Shown here in pieces: positions 1 through 8,632 of a stretch of 29,982 nucleotides of DNA (the first letter of the stretch is position 1; each line of letters begins with the position of its first letter). Source of the DNA: a virus (taxonomy: Duplodnaviria; Caudoviricetes); IMG/VR virus record IMGVR_UViG_3300022178_000238, positions 1 through 29,982 of that record; one strand, written 5' to 3'. The position numbers and the translations under genes were made by a program. Below the pieces are notes generated by a model. It saw nothing but the letters and a program-made list of their open reading frames with translations. It did not search any database and was not told the DNA's origin.

Positions 1-4
1 GTAC

Positions 5-1465
5 TCATACGATACTCCAAGTGCCTGTAACAGTTACAGTGTTGCCATTCGCAATAGTGATTGGCCCTGCACTCATTCCGTTTGTGTTAGCAGGAATTGT
101 TATGTTCTCACTGATTGTGTTTGCGTTGGTTCTGATAATTGAATTGAGGCCCAAGCTAGGCCCACCTTCACTCGCACCAATCGCTTTATAACGTGCGTCA
201 GCTTGTGCCTGTGTATAGGTGTTAGCTACTACGAATGATTGGAACGCTACTATGCGTACAATCGTGCCTACTACCGCCCCATCGTCTAGGACAACTGTAG
301 TTCCGTTTGTCGCCACATAGTCTGCTTTAGGAATGTCCAAGCCACCATAAGTCACATGAATATTATTAGCTGTGTAGCTTAGAGTCTGACCATTTACGTC
401 ACTTCCTGAGAAGCTTGTCTGTCCTGCGGTGGCAATGTATTCATAGGAGTACAGAGACACGTTGCCACTAGAACTTGCTGCAATCCAGTTAGACCCATCG
501 TAGACTTGCATACCCGTTCCCGTTAGGAAGTAGAGGTTGCCAGCCACTAGAGCGTCACCATCATTATTGACGGATGGTTCAGACGCTTTAGCCCCTAGAT
601 ACCTGTCGTCAAACGAGTCAAAGCTTGCGGCTGCTGCTGCGGCAGAGTTAGCAGATGCTGTTGCACTTGCTGCTGATTCACTAGCCTTAGTGGTTGCCGT
701 TGATTCTGCACCCGTTATAGATGCTGCACTCGCTGCACTCGCTGCTGCACTAGCGGCAGATGCTGTAGCACTAGTTGCTGAAGCTGTTGCTGACGCACTG
801 GCCTCTGAAGCCTTGGTTGTTGCTATAGTTTTCTGTGCAGTAGCTAAAGTAACTTGGGTAGTTGCGGTTGCAGCACTTGCAGCACCAGCAGTTGCAGATG
901 CAGCAGATGCAGTAGCACTTACACCACTAGCAGTCTTAGATGTCTCTGAGTTAGTCGCAGACGTAGCAGCTTCAGCAGCCTTAGTTGTTGCTATAACTGC
1001 TTGAGCAGTCGCTGAACTAAGCTGTGAAGTTAGACCAGTTTCTGCCCATGTCTTAGTAACAGCGTCTTGTGCGTTAACAGGGTCAGCTACGTTCTTAATG
1101 CGCTTATTGGCTGCAGTAAACACGTTGTCTGAATCAAGCTTTACCGCTGAATCTGAAGCATCAAAAGCTTCTTGTGATAGGTTAAACAGTTGGTTACTGT
1201 CTGCATCAAGAGCCGCTTCTGTAAGCACAGCACCATCTTGAAAATCAACAACACGCGCTGTTCTTGAAGATGTTCTGCGTACTTCGACTACTGCTCCTGA
1301 TGCTGGTGCTGTTGTTAGCTGAACTCTGCTAGAGTCTAGCCATGTAAATGTGACAGCAACATTATTAACTTTAACACCTACTTCTGCTTGTTGAAGGTAG
1401 GTAAATGTTAAGTTAAATATTCTATTGCTCCCGTCACCTGTGTATGTCACAAAGGATAAGGCCAT
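5..1465 (-). CDS. Tail fibre protein (T7 gp17-like N-terminal adaptor)
   Basis: N-terminus YTGDGSNRIFNLTFTYL...VVEVRRTS...VVDFQDGAVLTEAALD...QEAFD matches the T7 tail-fibre attachment domain. It is followed by an Ala/Ser/Thr-rich shaft, FDDRYLGAK, YIATAGQTSF and a beta-rich C-terminus. It lies directly after gp16. Confidence 0.92.
   Translation of the reverse strand: MALSFVTYTGDGSNRIFNLTFTYLQQAEVGVKVNNVAVTFTWLDSSRVQLTTAPASGAVVEVRRTSSRTARVVDFQDGAVLTEAALDADSNQLFNLSQEAFDASDSAVKLDSDNVFTAANKRIKNVADPVNAQDAVTKTWAETGLTSQLSSATAQAVIATTKAAEAATSATNSETSKTASGVSATASAASATAGAASAATATTQVTLATAQKTIATTKASEASASATASATSATASAASAAASAASAASITGAESTATTKASESAASATASANSAAAAAASFDSFDDRYLGAKASEPSVNNDGDALVAGNLYFLTGTGMQVYDGSNWIAASSSGNVSLYSYEYIATAGQTSFSGSDVNGQTLSYTANNIHVTYGGLDIPKADYVATNGTTVVLDDGAVVGTIVRIVAFQSFVVANTYTQAQADARYKAIGASEGGPSLGLNSIIRTNANTISENITIPANTNGMSAGPITIANGNTVTVTGTWSIV
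620..1010 (-). repeat. Low-complexity Ala/Ser/Thr repeats in the tail-fibre shaft
   Basis: ATTKAAEAATSA, ATTKASEASASA and ATTKASESAASA units separated by SASA/AASA runs. Confidence 0.75.
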
Positions 1466-1496
1466 TATAATTCTCTATGTTTAAATAAGGGGGGAT

Positions 1497-1523
1497 AAAA
1501 GAAACCCCTCGACTGAGGGGCTT
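1497..1523 (-). terminator. Intrinsic terminator between gp16 and the tail fibre
   Basis: Minus strand AAGCCCCTC-AGTC-GAGGGGTTT followed by CTTTT, just after the gp16 stop. Confidence 0.75.
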
Positions 1524-1534
1524 GGTATGGTTAG

Positions 1535-4500
1535 TTAACGTGCATATTTAACTTCACGCTTCTTGTCTTCAAGGACATCATAAAGTTCTCTGAAAGCATC
1601 GGACTCATCAAGCAGCCTACTCTTGGCTTTCTTTCTGTATTTTTTAATAATCTCCGACAAGATTCCGATATGAGGTGAGTCAACATCAAGGTAAGGTGAT
1701 TTAGGTTTACTCTGGTATTGGTTAGAAGTTATTTTATCGTATAGAGCTTCTTCAAGAGTCATGCCTTTTATAGTAACTTCACCGATAAATCTGTTGTACT
1801 TGGCGTACACAGATTCAGTTTCATTCCTATCATAAACCTCACGATAATCTTTGCGACCTGCACTTAGATTCCTTGGTGGCGGACCTAACAATCCATCTTT
1901 ATCTTGCACAACTCGCAAGTCATAGATTTCTGTCATAACAGTTTGCGCCACACTTGATTCATCTGCACGAACATTAGGCTGCTTAAATAGATTCCACCCA
2001 TCATTAGGCTTCAACATAGGCTGACCTGTAATGTCATACTGCGCCCCAAGTTCTTGGGACCATCCATCTATCTTACGCTGTACCTTCTCTAGTAAGTCCG
2101 TAGCTTCACGAACATTAGGGTCAGAGTTCATCTGGTTCAGTGCGTTAGGAACAAAGGATGTTATTGCAGCATCTCTTGTGGTTATGAGCTTGTTGTCCTC
2201 ACCAGCCATTAACTTCATCCAATCGTTTATAGCAGAGAAGTAAGCTTTATTAAGTATGCTTTGTACTAAAGCAACTTGCACAGCCTCAACAACATGAGCA
2301 GTTCCATCTTGAAATCTCTCTGGGTCCATCTTCCAGATGTAATGAGAGTTAGCCATCACACCCATCACAGTAGAGAAAGGTTCAATCTTTGCATAAGGAA
2401 TCCAAGTACCAGCAATCTTTACTGAGTACGGCTTATTTCCTGCCTCTATCCAAGCTTGCTGCATTTTGTAGTCACTAGGACCACCACCAGTTAATTCACC
2501 AGAGTCAGCCTTATACCATAAGTATGCACCTGCCATTGCTCCGACTTTCTTACGCATGCGTAGTTTAGCTATCTGCACTTCATCGCCTGACCTAAGTATT
2601 GCATCTTGCTTTGCAGAGATAAATCTCATAACAGGCATGCCAAATATAGATTCAGGTATAGGTGCGTACTGCAGTGCATAGGAAATAGAGTTAACTGGCG
2701 CGCGTCTAAATGGAAGAATAAACGCACCAGCACCACCGCCTGCTCCAGCTATACCATTAACTGTTTTACCTACAAGACCAACAAGTTCTTCAGTAAAAGT
2801 CTCCATGCGTATCTCGCGCATAATAGCTTCACCTAACTTTGCATCAGCCTTGCCTTGTGGTGTACCCGTATCATCAACTGTTCTAACTGCACCATGCTCA
2901 TCAAACATTCTAGCAATGTGTTGCTGTATAAATAACTCAGCTTCAGCACTACCTTCTTTAAATGCAACCTTTCCTTGTTCAGCAGCTTTCATCTCTAATT
3001 TCTTAGCTTCAACTACTGCGTCAGCAAATGCTAGAGAATGAGCGCGTGTAAATTTATGTTGTTCATCCAATGCCATAAGCACAGTGTGTGCATAGCCTGT
3101 GATGTTCTCATAAATAATACGCTTCTTAGACTTACCTTTGTTGCCTGCTAGGTTTGCACTAGACTCCATGTGAGTTACGTTAGGGTCAGTAAGATGAACA
3201 CCAAGCCTTACAGCTTTCATTGCTTCTTTCCAACCTTGCAAGTAATACTGCATGTTGCCAGAGTATTGTGCTAATGCTCTAGCACGGGCTAACTTATCAG
3301 CACCCTGTGATGCCCTTGATGCCTTGGTCAATCCAAAGTTATATCGGCTTGCATATTCAAGTGCAGGCTCATAAATCATATGGAAATGGTTAGACACAAC
3401 AGCCATTGTCATGGTGGTTAATCCACCCAACATTGAACCAGCACGGACGCGGTTTATCTCAGCGATAATGCGCTTAACTTTAGAGGGAACTAAAGCCTCT
3501 TTAGCTGTTCTAGGATTCTTAATCCTTCCGCTTTCAAGGCCATCTATAATAGAGTTAACCAACGCCTTTATAACAAAAGGACCATTGCCATTAGCTATAG
3601 CTTCTATTGCATTTGCATCTAGTTCAGGTAGTAACACTTCAGCTTCAGCTTCCGCAATTGCTTCCTCCGCACTTTGCTTACCAGCAACCTGTGCATCTGG
3701 GTCCATACCTCCACGAATTAAACTATCGTCTGATATAGCCATAGCCCTTCTTGAGCCTAGGACTCTGGAAGCACCTGCAGATTGGTCGATGGTTAGGGGA
3801 ACAAGTTGGTTAATCATTTGAACTACTTTAACTAACTCACCTTGCTCTAAACCACTTAGGCCACCTTCTTCTTTATGCTTGTAAGCAAGCTCTTTCATTT
3901 TTTCAAATGTCCAAACATGCAAATCACGGGTAGCTTTAATTCGGTTTACAATAGCAGCCATTTCAACTACATCACCCCTAAGACTCTTAACGATTTCAGT
4001 TAAGTCGCCACCCGTAGCTTCTGCTAATTCTTTAGCAGCTATCTTACCTTCCTCAGTAACTTCATCCAGAGTTTTAGTTTCAAGTGGGTTCATCTTTCGA
4101 TGTTGTTCAGAACGCTCTAGAACTAAGTTCTTAGTGTCCTGTGCTGTCTTCATTCGGTTGATGTTGTAGGGCATTGCCTTAGTGTTAGATTCATCGTACA
4201 TCTTAGGCTTTTCATCAAGTGATTTGCTTTCACCTTTAGGGCGTCTAGGCTTCTTAGTTGGCTCATACTTAGCATTTAATACTAGGTCACCATCTAAATC
4301 AGAGTCTTTGTTTTTAGCAGACTCTTTTATGTCAGCCTTGACAGAAGCACCCATCTCTTTGATTTCTTCAACTGACTTATTAGGGAACACACCGCGTAAG
4401 AAACGCATGTACTCACTATGAGATTTAGACTCACCTTTACCAGCTACAATATAGAGTGCTTTATCAACATCACTTTCAAACTTAACATCGTAAGAATCCT

Positions 4501-5773
4501 GACCATAGTTATAGCGAGGCTTTGCACCTGCTAATCCTTGTGGCATTACTGTTGTTGGCTTTAACTCTTCAACGACATATTCACCTGAATCATCTGCGCC
4601 TTTGGCAGCAGAAGATGCAAGTTCTTCAGCATAGTCTTCATCAATGTTACGAGATAGAAACGCCAAGTCATCTTCAGGGATGTCATCACCAAGCTCACCG
4701 ACCAACTCATCAAAGTAATCATCATCAGACACTGTGTCTAAGTCATCAACTAAGTCACCAGTTTCATCAACCTGCGTTGGTGCAGCTTCAATGACTTCAT
4801 CAACAGATTCATCACTGAGTTCAACAACCTCATCAGCTACAGGTACTGCTTCATCAACAACCTCATCAGCATTCTTAGATAAACCTTTAGATGCTCCACG
4901 AAGAGTGAGTGCCGTTAGTCCACCAATAATTATATAACCACCAGCAGCACCAGCCGCAGTGTAGGCTGCTGTTTCTACATAGTCATAGTTATCTCGCTGA
5001 CCTGTCTCAACATCTATCTTCTGGTTGAGTAGGTTGTCAGCACCCATGTAAGCACCAACCTCAATAGCTCCTACTGTGCCTGCACCTTTTGTCGTTTTAA
5101 GAAGTGAACGGACCAATGCACCTGCAGCAGGTTTTAAAGCAATCTTAGAGAGTGTATTAAGAACAAATCCCAAGCCTACATAAGTAGTCATGTCAGTAGC
5201 TAAACCTTCAACAGCACGACCAGTAGTCTTCCATGAAGTAGGTAGTTCCTCATAGTTAGCCATAAGGCGAACAAGGGCCTGCTGTTCTTCATCAGACCAA
5301 TCAGCAACACTAAACGCTAGCTCACCTGTCTTAACCATGTTCCAGCGTGTAGTGCCTAACCAATCTAAACTCTCGCGTGTGAAATCACCATCGCTTAATG
5401 ATTGAATGTGCTGTGCTTGGTAATCAGCTTCAGAAGCTTTTTCATCACTAAGAGTTGCCTGAATGCTCTCTATACTACGAGCAGGCATTCCTTGTGCCAT
5501 TTCTGCAGCAATGTGTTGGCCTTGAGTTTCAGACTGACGCTTTGGTGCTTTAATAAACTTACTGGCTAACACCCTAGAATCAGCTATAGACTGAGCATCA
5601 GCGTGGAAAGTTTCCTCGTTGTAAACAGTTGAAGTATTTTGTTTAGGTGTTGTGTAAGGTGAAACATAGGTGCTTTCTAATTCAGGAACATCACCTACTT
5701 CTTCTTCTTTTTTCTTAGGGCCAATATATGGTGATACATAATTAGGGTCATACTTGGTTGTTGTTGTAGCCAT
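1535..5773 (-). CDS. Large internal virion (ejection) protein, T7 gp16 position
   Basis: 1412 aa, last of three ejectosome-position genes before the tail fibre. It has Gly/Ala-rich hydrophobic segments and a C-terminal region (LPFRRAPVN, PYSVKIAGTWIPYAKIEPF) typical of podophage gp16-like proteins. Confidence 0.82.
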   Translation of the reverse strand: MATTTTKYDPNYVSPYIGPKKKEEEVGDVPELESTYVSPYTTPKQNTSTVYNEETFHADAQSIADSRVLASKFIKAPKRQSETQGQHIAAEMAQGMPARSIESIQATLSDEKASEADYQAQHIQSLSDGDFTRESLDWLGTTRWNMVKTGELAFSVADWSDEEQQALVRLMANYEELPTSWKTTGRAVEGLATDMTTYVGLGFVLNTLSKIALKPAAGALVRSLLKTTKGAGTVGAIEVGAYMGADNLLNQKIDVETGQRDNYDYVETAAYTAAGAAGGYIIIGGLTALTLRGASKGLSKNADEVVDEAVPVADEVVELSDESVDEVIEAAPTQVDETGDLVDDLDTVSDDDYFDELVGELGDDIPEDDLAFLSRNIDEDYAEELASSAAKGADDSGEYVVEELKPTTVMPQGLAGAKPRYNYGQDSYDVKFESDVDKALYIVAGKGESKSHSEYMRFLRGVFPNKSVEEIKEMGASVKADIKESAKNKDSDLDGDLVLNAKYEPTKKPRRPKGESKSLDEKPKMYDESNTKAMPYNINRMKTAQDTKNLVLERSEQHRKMNPLETKTLDEVTEEGKIAAKELAEATGGDLTEIVKSLRGDVVEMAAIVNRIKATRDLHVWTFEKMKELAYKHKEEGGLSGLEQGELVKVVQMINQLVPLTIDQSAGASRVLGSRRAMAISDDSLIRGGMDPDAQVAGKQSAEEAIAEAEAEVLLPELDANAIEAIANGNGPFVIKALVNSIIDGLESGRIKNPRTAKEALVPSKVKRIIAEINRVRAGSMLGGLTTMTMAVVSNHFHMIYEPALEYASRYNFGLTKASRASQGADKLARARALAQYSGNMQYYLQGWKEAMKAVRLGVHLTDPNVTHMESSANLAGNKGKSKKRIIYENITGYAHTVLMALDEQHKFTRAHSLAFADAVVEAKKLEMKAAEQGKVAFKEGSAEAELFIQQHIARMFDEHGAVRTVDDTGTPQGKADAKLGEAIMREIRMETFTEELVGLVGKTVNGIAGAGGGAGAFILPFRRAPVNSISYALQYAPIPESIFGMPVMRFISAKQDAILRSGDEVQIAKLRMRKKVGAMAGAYLWYKADSGELTGGGPSDYKMQQAWIEAGNKPYSVKIAGTWIPYAKIEPFSTVMGVMANSHYIWKMDPERFQDGTAHVVEAVQVALVQSILNKAYFSAINDWMKLMAGEDNKLITTRDAAITSFVPNALNQMNSDPNVREATDLLEKVQRKIDGWSQELGAQYDITGQPMLKPNDGWNLFKQPNVRADESSVAQTVMTEIYDLRVVQDKDGLLGPPPRNLSAGRKDYREVYDRNETESVYAKYNRFIGEVTIKGMTLEEALYDKITSNQYQSKPKSPYLDVDSPHIGILSEIIKKYRKKAKSRLLDESDAFRELYDVLEDKKREVKYAR

Positions 5774-5776
5774 TGT

Positions 5777-7723
5777 TTACTCCGTAAGGCTGGCCTTATA
5801 AGTTGATAGCCTTAAAGGAGGGCCATATTCTTTATAGTAACGGGCGAATGCGCCATCACCGAATTGTAAATCAAACATTTCTGCGTTGGTCTTTCCTACT
5901 AGGAGTTCTTCCTCTAAAGATTTAGCTTCCTCTAAAGTAAATTCCTTTGCTGGATTAAACAAAGCAGCCCTTCTCATGACATCTTCGATATTGGCATGAA
6001 TTATGTCGGTAGGTAACTCACCAGACCAATGCGTCAAACCAGATGTTCCTATTGTCGAGTCGATAAGATAGTCTGCGGCTTCGCCTCCTATGTTTAGTTT
6101 GTCATCTCCAACATTACTATTTTCAGAAGTCTTTATTGCTGCATTTACACCAAGCTTGTAGTCCTTGTAAGCAGCATCTTCTTCTGCTCTTTCATCAACT
6201 AACTCTTTGTAATTAGTGTCCATGACATTCTTTACATGTTCCGACATTCTTTGCATTTGAGTAGTAGAAGGAGCCACTGCACCCTCTTCTTCATAATGCT
6301 GGTCTATAAGCTTATTAAATTCATCATTCCATTTACCAGTAAGCTCTGCTTTTAAAGCAAGTCCACCTCTGTCAAATTCATCTTCCATTTTAACAATGCT
6401 TGAAACCCATAAACCTCTGGGCTGTGTGTTTAGCAGGTTGTTAATTAATGGAGCAGCTTGCTCAATTCCTTTCAGCATGGCTTGCACTTCTTTTAATCTA
6501 GAAGGATGAATGTCTTCGTTAGCAACTGCTTTCATTAATTCAGCGTATGAAGCAACAATATTTGGGTTTTGACGATTTGACATAAGTGCTGTAGAGAAAC
6601 TAATAAATGCCATCTCTTGTGGCTTGCTCTCTGTTCCACCTGTGAGTTTATTAACAGCAGTCATGGTTGCCTGTATCTTTTCAGGAGTCATGTCAGCGTT
6701 GTCAACTAGGTATTGAATTGTCTCTGGAGTAAGTTGAGTCACTCTGTCTTCAGTTTCAGTTAATGAAGTTATAAAGTCTGAGTATGCGCCCTTTGCTGCT
6801 TTTGCTTGTGCTGCTTTTTGTGCAGCAGCGTCAGCAATTGCCTTACTGTTAATCTTAGAATCTGCAGCGTATTCTGCCTGTTGAATTGCTTCAAATGCTT
6901 CAGGCCTTAACTCGCCATTCTTTCCTTTTGCATACCTTACTAGCTTTGCCATGTGGAGATACCTTTCAGCATTCTCAGGTTCATTACCAGCAGCCATTGC
7001 AAGTAATGAATTAAACACAGCTTTGTTAGCCTCTCCCTTTGTTAGGTGAGTTGTTTGTGATATTTCAACAGCTAATGAATCCATATCTTTAATGCGGTCA
7101 GGTAATGGTTGAGATGGGAAGGCTTCACCACCCTCATCAGGATGGTTGTATTTAATCTTCTGATGAACAATACCATCCACACGCATTGACAGGTTTTCCA
7201 TTGTTTCATCTCTGGCTCTTTTATCAATGTACTCCATGTGTCTTTTCTGCATGTCAATCTTGGCATTCACAAGAGTCTCACTTGCGCCAGCCATTAAGAA
7301 CTGACTACCGCCACCATTGTTAATCTTAGATAATACTCCACCATACAGCCCATCAAGAAAAGGCTCGATGTCAGTACCCATATCATTAGAACCTAAAAGG
7401 AATTCCTGATAGGCAGATTCCATTTCTGGTAATGAGTCAAGGGCATATCTCAATCCACGTTGCTCAAACCTGTAGGCAACTGCATCAGGCCTTGTGCTTG
7501 CAAATCCTACTCTGCTATGAAGGTCTTCTGGGCCTTTGCCTAAAGCTTCAGTTACTGCATTAATCTCTGCATTCTTTATAGCGCGGTCATTGTCTGTTTT
7601 GTCTATAGACTGAAGAAGCTTACCAATAGCGTCTGCATTCTTTTGAACCTCTGGACGCATGTAAGTGTCCATTGCTCTTGCCTTTGGTTGAAGAGCAGTT
7701 ACCTGTAATTGTTGTCGAGCCAT
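5777..7723 (-). CDS. Internal virion protein, T7 gp15 position
   Basis: 648-aa predicted helical protein between gp14-like and gp16-like genes; N-terminal LQPKARAMDTYMRP. Assignment is mainly by synteny. Confidence 0.75.
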   Translation of the reverse strand: MARQQLQVTALQPKARAMDTYMRPEVQKNADAIGKLLQSIDKTDNDRAIKNAEINAVTEALGKGPEDLHSRVGFASTRPDAVAYRFEQRGLRYALDSLPEMESAYQEFLLGSNDMGTDIEPFLDGLYGGVLSKINNGGGSQFLMAGASETLVNAKIDMQKRHMEYIDKRARDETMENLSMRVDGIVHQKIKYNHPDEGGEAFPSQPLPDRIKDMDSLAVEISQTTHLTKGEANKAVFNSLLAMAAGNEPENAERYLHMAKLVRYAKGKNGELRPEAFEAIQQAEYAADSKINSKAIADAAAQKAAQAKAAKGAYSDFITSLTETEDRVTQLTPETIQYLVDNADMTPEKIQATMTAVNKLTGGTESKPQEMAFISFSTALMSNRQNPNIVASYAELMKAVANEDIHPSRLKEVQAMLKGIEQAAPLINNLLNTQPRGLWVSSIVKMEDEFDRGGLALKAELTGKWNDEFNKLIDQHYEEEGAVAPSTTQMQRMSEHVKNVMDTNYKELVDERAEEDAAYKDYKLGVNAAIKTSENSNVGDDKLNIGGEAADYLIDSTIGTSGLTHWSGELPTDIIHANIEDVMRRAALFNPAKEFTLEEAKSLEEELLVGKTNAEMFDLQFGDGAFARYYKEYGPPLRLSTYKASLTE

Positions 7724-8172
7724 TAGTCTTTACTCTTGTTGTAACCATCATAGATTTCTAGGCCTGTAACAAATGGACTAGGACCCTGCACACTGCGACC
7801 ATCAGATTGTTTTTGGTAGCCTTGCATTTCATATTGCCTTTGCTGAACACCCATAGAAAAGTTATCCTCAATGTTGTTTGCGTTACGAGCTTCAATTGCT
7901 CTTTGGTTTCTATACAACGCACCAACTAATGAACCACTTTGAAATTCTTGGCCTGCATAAATAGTGGCCTGATTCTGTTTGGCAACGAGAGTGTCTTCAA
8001 ATAAAGAAGCTGATAATGATGTTTGTTCTTGTAGTGTCGCTAGCTGAGTCTGTTTTACTTTTTGGAAATAATCTTCACGCGCTGCTTTGTTCTGTGCATC
8101 TGCTTGGTCTTGCTTTTCTTGATGCTTCATAACAGCAGAGCCTACTGCTACAATTGCTTGTGGGTTGCACAT
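7723..8172 (-). CDS. Internal virion protein, T7 gp14-like
   Basis: MCNP start, hydrophobic N-terminus, Q/A-rich helical body, C-terminal GPS motif, position after gp13. Confidence 0.8.
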   Translation of the reverse strand: MCNPQAIVAVGSAVMKHQEKQDQADAQNKAAREDYFQKVKQTQLATLQEQTSLSASLFEDTLVAKQNQATIYAGQEFQSGSLVGALYRNQRAIEARNANNIEDNFSMGVQQRQYEMQGYQKQSDGRSVQGPSPFVTGLEIYDGYNKSKD

Positions 8173-8173
8173 T

Positions 8174-8632
8174 TCATTTAACCTTTATAAATTCATAGAA
8201 GGGTTCCTGTCCCACCCCATAAGGGAGAAGACGGACCATAGTGAAGCCCATCCATTGAAGCCATCGTATTGCTTTTGGGTTCTCTGAATGGACATAATTA
8301 AATAGCAAGTCGTAGTCCTTATGGACCACATTTAGCCAGTGCTTGCATTCAGCTTTAAGCTGTCTAGTGTGTTGATAGATGCCTGCACTTCCTAACATCC
8401 ACGGGACCCCTACAAAATCCTGGCATGCATTAACTACCCCAAACATTAGGATAGGAATGCCCTGTTCATCCACTGCAACGTATGCATCATCAGAGTCAAT
8501 CATCGCCTGAGTCAAAGCCTCAATAGGTTCTAAACCACAGGAGACTTTTAACTCATGGACATCGGCATCGCGCAAGCGTGGGCCTAACGTATTACAGTCG
8601 TTCACTGTTGCTAGCCTTACGCTTGCTACCAT
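8174..8632 (-). CDS. T7 gp13-like internal virion/assembly protein (GNAT-like fold, DUF2833-type)
   Basis: LRDADVHEL, PILMFGV, PWMLGS, LFNYVHSENPKAIRWLQWMGF; directly after tail tube B. Confidence 0.8.
   Translation of the reverse strand: MVASVRLATVNDCNTLGPRLRDADVHELKVSCGLEPIEALTQAMIDSDDAYVAVDEQGIPILMFGVVNACQDFVGVPWMLGSAGIYQHTRQLKAECKHWLNVVHKDYDLLFNYVHSENPKAIRWLQWMGFTMVRLLPYGVGQEPFYEFIKVK

Noticed and set aside
1-8. Start of the next gene (ATGAGTAC) overlapping the tail-fibre stop
   Set aside because: Only 8 nt are in the window, too short to annotate.
537-1004. 155-aa plus-strand Ala-rich ORF
   Set aside because: Antisense shadow of the low-complexity tail-fibre shaft; non-ATG start and no RBS.
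2959-2975. Partial promoter match inside gp16 (AGGAAAGGTTGCATTTA)
   Set aside because: Only 13/17, lacks the C(T/C)AT end, lies within coding sequence 1.5 kb from the next gene. A weak phi17-like role cannot be fully excluded.
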